Part shown: positions 54,401-64,000 of the stretch, one piece after another
Position numbering within the stretch: position 1 is the stretch's first letter
How the letters are laid out: every line of letters begins with the position of its first letter
Assembly (NCBI RefSeq): GCF_009914755.1
Contig: NC_060938.1
Length of the DNA stretch: 64,000 bases
Source: the human T2T-CHM13v2.0 reference genome, Homo sapiens
Direction: 5' to 3' (one strand)
Notes under the pieces: generated by a model
Seen by the model: only the letters and a program-made list of their open reading frames with translations
What the model was told of the DNA's origin: nothing
Database searches by the model: none
Program-made: the position numbers and the translations under genes

Positions 54401-54822
54401 TAACTAGTTGGATAAACATAACCAGCTGGATAGTCCAGGTCTAGAACAATGATAGTATTTCAGCAGTGGAAATCAGATCCTAGCAGATAACGAAAGGCTC
54501 TAGAAAGTGACTCAGGCCTTGAGGAGGTTGTGTTTGCTGGACAGGCTGATCATATGGTATCACCCAGAGAGGCTGAGAGTTTCTGAGGTTGACTTGGGAT
54601 TCACAGTCATAAAGTGTGTGGTCAGCCTAGTCTTGTTCCAAAGTCATGGCCACTTGGGTATGTTGCAGTCCAGGGTTGTCATTTTGGATCTTGTAATGTC
54701 AGAGGTCTTTCAAGGTCTGAGGGAAGTTTGCGGAGGTGAAGGCAAACTCTTTTGTTCACATCTATTGATTGTTATTGCTATTGACAGCAAACAGAGTGCT
54801 TGCTCACATGACTGTCTACTTT

Positions 54823-55360
<538 letters not shown>

Positions 55361-56117
55361 CATGACTGTCTGCTTTCTAGCCTCCTATTGTGCATTGGAG
55401 GAGAGTAGACAAGGGCTGGGAGCAGAAAACAAGGCCAGTAGTGACTAAAGGTAGACGGGGTAGGTCTGAGACCACCCTCTGAAATGGTTATGGGGGCCAG
55501 CCAGTCCATATAAATGCTGAAGCAGGCCTAGTAAAAATGATATTGGAGTGTGGTGGGGTCCCAGTGAGCTTGAGAGTTTTCATCCTATCTAAAGGCACCA
55601 GTTGCTTCAGCTCCCACCAATCATTGATATATACAAAGCATGACTCGGTGGTGTCAGATCTGCATTTTTTTCCTTTGAAGAGAAATCAGAAATCCAGATT
55701 TTTATGTGAAATCTGTATTTTGTAATCATGATAAAATATAAATAATATTTACCATTTTAACCATTCATTAAGTGTACAGTTCAGTGACATTAAATGCATT
55801 TGCAATGTTGTGTAACCATTACCACTATTTATACCCAAAACTTTTTCATCATCGTCAATAAAAAATCTGTACTCATTAAGCAATAACTCCTCTTTTGCCC
55901 CCCCCCCCGCCCCCACATCCCCTGGTAACCTTTATTCTACTTTCTGTCCCTATGAATTTGCCTATTCTAGGATCCTTGTAAAAGTGGAATCATACTTGTC
56001 CTTCTGTAGCTGGCTTATGAAATCTGTTTTTTAAATGCTGGTAACTAATTCATTTCATTTTTTAAAAATGTATTTTATGTCTTAAAACTGCATCAGATTA
56101 AATTGCCAGTTTGAACA

Positions 56118-56425
<308 letters not shown>

Positions 56426-56694
56426 AAGCCAGTTTGAGACTTCTGGGAAAGGTTGCATGGAACTGAATTTCAGTTCTGCTTTCTCCTTCCTCGAAAAGCT
56501 CTCACCAAACGTGGGCAGGTGGAAACAATGTCAGAGGCTAGTAACTCAACTTGGGGGATTAGCCCAGAACTTCCAGAAGTGGTTGGTGATTTGCCTAATC
56601 CATGGGGATAGATGAAAATACAGAGGTCTGCGGCCCCACACAGACTGTCTTAACCAAACTGTCTAGGAAAGGGGCCCAGCATTTTGTATTCTCT

Positions 56695-57888
56695 TTTTTT
56701 TTTGAGATAGAGTCTCACTTTGCCCCCCAGGTTGGAGTGCAGTGGGGTGATCTTGGCTCACTGCAATCTCCACTTCCCAAGTTCAAGTCATTCTCATGCC
56801 TCAGCCTCCTGAGTAGCTGGGATTACAGGTGCCCGCCACCACGTCTGGCTAATTTTTCTATTTTTAGTAGAGATAGGGTTTCACCATGTCGGCCAGGCTG
56901 GTCTTGAACTCGCGACCTCAGGTGATCCGCCCATCTCAGCCTCCCAATGTGCTGGGATTGCAGGTGTGAGCCACCATGCCCAGCCAGCATTATATGTTTT
57001 CAACTGGCCTCCCAAATAAGGCTCGTGATCAGACACTTTTTGAAACCACGAGGAGGAAAGAGCAGCATGCATGGGAAAAGACTGCCTGCTTGGAGCCATA
57101 TTCTTGTCAGGGCTGATTTTTTTTTTTCTTTTTCTTTTTTTGTAGAGATGAGGTCTCGCTTTGTTGCCTAAGCTGGTCTTGAACTCCTGGCCTCAAGTTA
57201 TTCTCCCACCTCAGCCTTCCACAGTGCTGGGATTACAGGTGTGAGCCACTGCACCCAGCTGGTCAGGGTTGATTTATGATACGTTTGCTGTAAGGTTCAG
57301 TGGGAAGCAGTGGGAGCTTGGGCCACTCACCCTTCAGATTGAGGGCAGAGGCTGGGCTGAGGCTCATGATTTTGATTCACCTGAGGTACTGAAAACGTCC
57401 TGAAAACCTTAGGGTTGGGGAGTTGAGGAGCCCTAATGGGATATGAGCTTGAAACCATGCATATGCTCCACATCTTTTGGGTTCTTTGACATTCAATCCA
57501 GTGCACTGGAAGAAGCTCAGATTGGCCTGGCCTGGCTTCTGCCTTGGCTTTTTATATTTTTTTTTCTCTATAACCTAATCTTGGAAGTGATTTTTCTTTT
57601 TTCCGTTTTTAGAGACAGAGTCTTGCTCTGTTGCTCAGGCTGGAATGCAGTGGCACAGTCTCAGCACACTGCAGTCTTGACCTCCTGGGCTTAAGCGATC
57701 CTTGCCTCAGCCTACAGAGTAGCTGGGACTACAGGTATGTGCCACCATGCCTGGCTAGTTATTTTATTTTTTGTAGAATCTGGGTCTCACTACTTTGCCC
57801 AGGCTGGTCTTGAACTCCTGGCCTCAAGCGATCCTGCTGCCTCCGCCTCCCACAGGGCTGGGATTACAGGCATGAGCTATCACCCAGC
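56695..57888 (-). mobile_element. Cluster of antisense Alus (about 56695-56984, 57115-57262 monomer, 57590-57888)
   Basis: Alu consensus text. Confidence 0.8.
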
Positions 57889-59040
57889 GCATGCCTTGGC
57901 TTTGTTGCCTTGCCAGGCATTGTTATAGTTGCTTGTTAATTTCACAGAATTAAGTCTAAGTCTTCAGTTTCCAATTTCCAGACCTCCGCTCCCCACCTTT
58001 TCCTATTTAACTTGTCTCTTGTTACCTCTCAGCCTTGGCTCTGCTCTGACCACTGAGGCTCCATACTATCTCCTTGGGTTATACCCTTTGGGTCTAAGAT
58101 TTAGGCAGTGGAGAGGAATGTCAGCAAGATGGTGGACTAGAAAGCTCCAGGCCCTCATTTTCCTACAGAAATGTTAAATAACCAACTAGGAAGTGGCTAA
58201 AATAACTTCTTTTGACAAGCTTTGGAAGTCAAAGATCTACAGCAACCAAGCCCACCCAACCAAGAAAAAGACACATTCAAAGCCATAGGAAATTTCATGG
58301 CTTTTTAACTCACCTTTGCCCCATTTCCTCCCCCACGCTGTGCCTCCAGTCCCCAGTTCTCTGCAAACTGAATAGATGGAATTTGCAACATTTTAACCTG
58401 CTTTAACTCAACTTCATTTTTATACACTGACAATGTACAACACCCCCCCCCAAAAAATTAAGAAACAATTCCATTTATAATAGCATTAAAAAATAAAATA
58501 CTTAGGAATAAACCAAGGATGTAAAAGTCAAGTATATTGGAAACTACAAAATGTTGCTGAAAGAAATTAAATAAGGTGTAAATAAATGGAAAGACATCCT
58601 GTGTTTACGGATTGGAAGACTTCATGTTAAGATGTCAAAACTATCTAAAGCAATATATAGATTTAATGTAATCCCTGTCAAAATCCCAGTAATGGTTTTC
58701 ATAGAAATAGAAAAATCCTTACCCTAAAATTCATATGGGATTTCAGGGAACCATCAGTAGCCACAACAATCTCAAAAAAGAAGAACAGCATCGGAGATCT
58801 CACACTTTCTGATGTCGGAACTTACTACAAAGCTACAGTAATGAAGACAATGTTGTATTTGGCATAAAGACAGGCATATAGACCAATGAAATAGAGAAGA
58901 GAGTCCAGATATAAACCCTTGTGTATGTGGTCAAATGATTTTCATCAAGGGTGTCAAGACCATTCAATGAGGAAAAGACAGTCTTTTCAATAAGGGGTGT
59001 TGGGAAAACTGGATAACCATATGAAATTAGACCCTTGTGT

Positions 59041-59666
59041 TGTCAGAGGCGTTTGAACAAGAGCGACTCCATCTTGAATAGGGGCTGGGTAAAATGAGGC
59101 TGACACCTACTGGGCTGCACTCCCAGGAGGTTAGGCATTCTAAGTCACAGGATGAGATAGGAGGTTGGCACAAGGTACAGGTCGCAAAGACCTTGCTGTT
59201 AAAAGGATGCAGTAAAGAGGCCAGCCAAAACCCACCAAAGCCAAAACAGTGATGAAAGTGACCTCTGGTCATCCTCACTGCTCATTATATGCTAATTATA
59301 ATGCATTAGCATGTTAAAAGACACTCCCACCAGGACCATGACAGTTTACAAATGCCATAGCAAATCAGGAAGTTACCCTATGTGGCCTAAAAAGGAAAGA
59401 AACCCTTAGTTCCTGGAATTGCCCACCCCTTTCCCGGAAAACTCATGAATAATCCACATCTTGTTTAGCATATAATCAAGAAGTAACAATAAATATAAGC
59501 AGCTGAGCAGTCCATGCCACTGCTCTGCCTATGGAGTAGCCATTCTTTATTCCTTTACTTTCTTAATAAACTTGCTTTCACTTTATGGACTTCCCCCAAA
59601 TTCTTTCTTGTATAAGATCCAAGAAACCTCTACTGAGATCTGTATCAGAACCCCTTTCCAGTAACA
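59041..59666 (+). mobile_element. MER41 (MER41B-like) solo LTR
   Basis: tgtcagaggcgtttgaacaagagcgactccatcttgaataggggctggg...ccctttccagtaaca; 626 bp. Confidence 0.85.
59410..59439. promoter_or_regulatory. Tandem GAS (STAT) motifs within MER41
   Basis: TTCCTGGAA (59410-59418) and TTCCCGGAA (59431-59439). Confidence 0.6.
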
Positions 59667-60055
59667 TCGTTATACTATATTCAAAAATTAACTGAAAAAT
59701 GGATCAAAGACTTAAACATAAAAGCTAAAACCATAAGACTCTTAGAAGGAAACAGAGAAAATGCTTTATAATGTTAGTTCTGGCAAAGATTACTTGGGTC
59801 AGATACCAAAAGCAGAGGTACTAAAAGAAAAGAAAAAATTAAACTACATCAATGTAAAACTTTAATGCATCAAAGGATGCTATTAACAGACTAAAAAAGT
59901 CACCCATATTTGGGAGAAAATATTTGCAAATCTTATATCTGATAAGGAATTAATTTCTAGAATGTGTAAAGAACTCTTTACAACTCAACCGCAAAAAAAA
60001 AAACAAACAAACAATCCAATTTAAAAATGAGCTAACAAATATACAAATGGTCAAT

Positions 60056-60546
60056 TGCCAAGACCAGCTCAGTTGGGGAGACCCTAACCTAGCCGCGCTA
60101 GAGGAATTAAAGACACACACACAGAAATATAGAGGTGTGAAGTGGGAAATCAGGGGTCTCACAGCATTCAGAGCCGAGAACCCCCAACAAAGATTTACCC
60201 ACGTATTTATTAACAGCAAACCAGTCATTAGCATTGTTTCTATAGATGTTAAATTAACTAAAAGTATCCCATATGGGAAATGAAGGGATGGGCTGAATTA
60301 ATTGCAGCAGGAACACGCCTTTAAGACACAGATTGCTCATGCTTTTGTTTGTGGCTTAAGAATGCCTTTAAGCGGTTTTCCGCCTTGGGCGGGCCAGGTG
60401 TTCCTTGCCCTCATTCCCGTAAATCCACAACCTTCCAGCTTGGGCATTAGGGCCATTATGGACATATCACAGTGCTGCAGAGATTTTGTTTATGGCCAGT
60501 TTTGGGGCCAGTTTATGGCCAGATTTTGGGGGGCTTGCTCCCAACA
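60056..60546 (-). mobile_element. MER9 solo LTR (HERV-K HML-3)
   Basis: Minus strand begins TGTTGGGAGCAAGCCCCCCAAAATCTGGCC; perfect 6-bp TSD GTCAAT. Confidence 0.85.
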
Positions 60547-61009
60547 GTCAATAGCACCTAAAAAGGTGCTCAACATTAGGGAAATACAAATCAAAACCAC
60601 TGTCAGATACCACTCCACACCTATTTAGGATGGCTATTATTAAAAAAAAAAGTGTTGGTAAGGATGTGAAGACATTGGAACTCTTTTGCATTGCTGGTGG
60701 GAATGTAAAATGGTGCAGCTGCTATGAAAACAACATGAAGCACCTCAAAAAAATTAAAAATAAAATTACCATATGATCCAGCAATTCCACTTCTAGGTAA
60801 AAAATTGAAAGCAGGAACTTGAACAGATATTTGTATACTCGTGTTTATAGCAGCATTATTCACAATAACTAAAACTTGGAAGCAACCCAAGTGTCTGTGC
60901 TTCCAGATGAATGAATAAAATGTAGTGTGTGTATGTGTATGTATGTGTGTATATATATGTACAGTGAAATATATACATATACGTTGTTATATACAATGAA
61001 ATATATAAA

Positions 61010-61735
61010 AAACTTCTGGCCAACCAGCTGTGAATTGGGGGTTCCCATAACTCCTCTTCAGGTTTGATTTGCTATAACAACTCACAGAACTCAGGAAAAC
61101 ATTTTACTCACATTTCCTAGTTTATTATACACTTTACTCACATTTCCTAGTTTATTATAAAGGATACAACTCAGGAACAGCCAAATGGAAGAGATGCATA
61201 GGGCAGGAAATTGGGATGGGGATTGTGGAGCTTCCAAGCCCTATCCTGCCACCCTCTCAGCACCTGGATGTGCTCACCAACCAGAAGCTCTCTGAAACTC
61301 AACTGTTCAAGAGATTTTATCCAGCACGGTCTCTAGCCCCCTCCCCTCCCCTCCCCTCCCTGGAGTGGGTAGGGGGATGGGGTTGTACATTTCCAAGTTC
61401 GAATCCATGATCTTTCTGGTGACCAGCCCCCTTCTGAGGCTACCTAGGAGCGCTACCTATGTTGCCTCATTAGCATAAACTCCCTGGAGGGGGTAGAGGG
61501 ATGGGGTTGTACATTTCCAAGTTCTAATCCCTGGTCTTTCTGGTGACCAGCCCCCTCCTGAGGCTGTCTAGGAGGGCTACCTATGTCACCTCATTAGCAT
61601 AAACTCTGGTGTCTTGGAAAGGGGCCCCTTAGGAAATGATGAGATATTCCTATCACTCAGGAAATCCCAAGGATTTTTGTAGCTCTGTACCAAGCACAGA
61701 GGACAAAGACCAAATAATATTTTTATTATACCACA
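61010..61735. mobile_element. MER21-family LTR with internal 30-bp and 124-bp tandem duplications
   Basis: Homologous to 13240-14180 (gaactcaggaaaac...tttattataaaggata); duplications at 61099-61158 and 61356-61603. Confidence 0.65.
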
Positions 61736-62240
61736 GTTACCTGCAGTAGAAACAGAAAGTAGAATGGTGATTGTCAGAAGCTGAGGGAAGGAGAGAATGG
61801 GGAGTTACTGTTTAACGGGTACAGAGTTTCAGATTGGGAAGATGAAAAAAGTTCTAGAAATGGATGGAGGTGATGGTTGCACAATAGTATGAATGTACTT
61901 AACGCTGCTGAACTATACAGTTAAAAATTGCTTAAAAATCAACAATTGTGTATATTTAACCACCACCAAGCAAACGAACAAAAGATACTCTGCTTTTGAG
62001 ATGTTCCCTTCTAGCTGGAACCCCTGTTCCCCTGCTGCCCTCATCCACATCAGCCTTTATGCTCTAAAGAATGCATTTCCAAGCCTGTGTACCTGCTGGG
62101 TCTGTTCCAACACTGGCCTTTGTTTTCTGGTGGTTCGTCTATTTCTCCTTCTTCCTTATCCCTTCTCTTGTCCACCTCCCCTCCATCTCCACATCTTCCT
62201 ACTAAATGGGAAACTTCCAGAGGGCCAGAACCTTGGCTGA

Positions 62241-63020
62241 TGATAGGGACAGGAGGCAGAGAAATTCTAGGCAGAAAAGGGTGGGGTCCCTGGCGAGGGC
62301 CCCACCCTCAAGCCTGAAACCGCAGCCCAAAGTGAGAACTTTACATCATTTTCCTGCTGGAATATTGCCTTTTCCAAAACCACTCCTGGCCAACCCCCAT
62401 CCTATAGCCTTAAAACCCCCAGGCTCTACTGACAGAGAGCAGAGAAGGGGAGAAGCATTAGCCAGACATCAGAGAGAAGCAGGTTTACTTTAGAGAGACG
62501 GCTGGACAGCGGGACTTCAGAGAAGAGTCAGCTGGGGACAGCCAGACCTCAGGGGTGGAATACCTTCCTGCTCCATCTGCTTTCCAGCTCCCCTTCCCAC
62601 TGACAGCCACTTCTATCGGCAATAAAATCCTCTGCATTTACCATCTTTCAATTCGTTTGTGCTATCTGATTTTTTTCCTGGATGCCAGGTAAGAGCTCAG
62701 GATAGAGAAAGCTGTCTCACTGGCTCTCTGCCCTCATGAAAAGGCAGAGGGTCTATTGAGCTGTTAAACACTTAAGCTAAAGGAGCGCAGTGTAACAAAC
62801 ACACTCTGGAGCTTCAGGGGTCACAGATACTCCCCCCTTAGATGCTGCCGCAGTACCCTCATGGAGTTTTTCTCCTGCTGGTGCCCAAAAGCGATCACTC
62901 CAGCTCCTGTGCCCGCTTGCCTGTGTGCTCCCACTCCCTCGAGGGGTTGAGAACTGAGGGCTAAGTGAGGCACCCCTGTCATGAAGCCCACAAAGGGGTC
63001 AAGGAAAATTTCCTGTTTCA
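62241..63020 (+). mobile_element. MER50-like solo LTR
   Basis: tgatagggacaggaggcagagaaattctaggc...cctgtttca; 4-bp TSD CTGA. Confidence 0.8.
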
Positions 63021-63288
63021 CTGACACATCTGTCCTGTGTCTCAGAGCAAGGCCCTGGGCATAGCAGCTGCTTGCAGATGGATGGGCAAATTAACAAGTT
63101 TTCACTTCCTGAAAGAAATTAAGATGACCAGTCAGTTAACTGAGAGTTCAGGTGGTTGGAGGAGAAGATTCTCATGCCTGGGTTGTCTTCTTGATGTGAC
63201 TTGTTCTTATTCCTTATGTGGAAAAAGCTACTGAATCCTTACAGTGTGCGTTGGACTGTGCCAGGCCGAGGGTGTTGAGAATACTGTC

Positions 63289-63378
63289 GTCTACGGCCAT
63301 ACCACCCTAAATGCACCCGATCTTGTTTGATCTCGGAAGCTAAGCAGGGTCGGGCCTGGTTAGTACTTGGATGGGAGA
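63289..63378 (+). pseudogene. 5S rRNA pseudogene, nt 1-90, 3'-truncated and tailless
   Basis: GTCTACGGCCATACCACCC...GGTTAGTACTTGGATGGGAGA; TSD gagaatactgtc at 63277 and 63375. Confidence 0.93.
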
Positions 63379-63557
63379 ATACTGTCGCTAGATCTGCTGT
63401 GTACCCTTTGACAAGTCTCATAACTTTCATAGGTTTGGGCTTCTTTGGTAAAATAGCATTCATACTGGCAACTGCAGAAGCTACAGGAAGGGATTCAATG
63501 AGACAATATGTGGACAGCATTTAGATAGTAGTTTCTCAGATAAGAAGTGCTAAATGA

Positions 63558-63690
63558 GGTCTGCTGTCATGGCACATGCCTGTAATCTCAGCACTTTGAG
63601 AGGCCAAGAGGGAGGATTGCTTAAGCCTAGGAGTTCAAGACCAGCCTGGGCAACATAGTAAGATCCCTGTCTCTACCTAAAAAAAAAAAA
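63558..63690 (+). mobile_element. Alu monomer (FLAM-like)
   Basis: Left-arm text followed by poly(A). Confidence 0.75.
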
Positions 63691-64000
63691 GTATTAAATA
63701 AAGAACAGATGTTTTCAGTACCATCATCAATAAAGGTAATCGCCTCTGTCTTCTGTTGGTTCTGGATCTAGAAAGAGAGGCCAATACTGAAATCTCTCCT
63801 AATACTACCGGACATTGCCCCAGTGTGGGTGCAGTGTGGACAAGCAGGGCAGCTTCCTTAAGGTGAAGGTTGAGCTGATTCCTAATGAGTGAAGTGACCA
63901 GGGGTTGGTACATAGGGGAGGTTGGGCCATTCCAGGAAGTATCCCAGTAGTATCCTGATGGAGACTTGTGCCTCTTGAGAGCTACTTAAACTAAAAGCAA

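Larger units (their letters stand above)
58420..61960 (+). mobile_element. Old L1 (L1MB-like) ORF2 and 3'UTR, interrupted by three LTRs
   Basis: L1 text (aataaatggaaagacatcc; acttactacaaagctacagtaat; atgatccagcaattccacttctagg; gtgatggttgcacaa) resumes after each LTR. Confidence 0.8.

Noticed and set aside
63289-63378. Functional 5S rRNA gene
   Set aside because: Lacks the last about 30 nt and terminator, carries several substitutions, is single-copy and TSD-flanked.

Overview
Repeat-rich human (primate) genomic DNA matching the BATF-FLVCR2 interval on 14q24.3, identified from the encoded peptides. Only two real coding exons are present, both on +: the terminal exon of BATF (5575-5784, missed by the ORF track because it has no start codon) and exon 1 of FLVCR2/MFSD7C (38089-38757) with its CpG-rich promoter. 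The rest is BATF intron, about 31 kb of intergenic DNA and the first about 25 kb of FLVCR2 intron 1. That intron holds an antisense, internally deleted 6.0-kb HERV-H provirus, a nested MaLR stack, an RPS24 processed pseudogene, MER41, MER9 and MER50 solo LTRs and a tailless 5S retrocopy. Nearly all other ORFs in the track are Alu or low-complexity artefacts. I found no new multi-gene system. The best leads are a MER41 LTR with two intact STAT/GAS sites, a Phe-like primer-binding site on the HERV-H, a template-switch palindrome in one LTR, a tRNA-Glu 5' fragment retrocopy, a tailless 5S retrocopy, an 81-bp templated insertion and a possible cryptic intron in the FLVCR2 5'UTR. Repeat subfamily names are recalled from consensus sequences and some boundaries are approximate.
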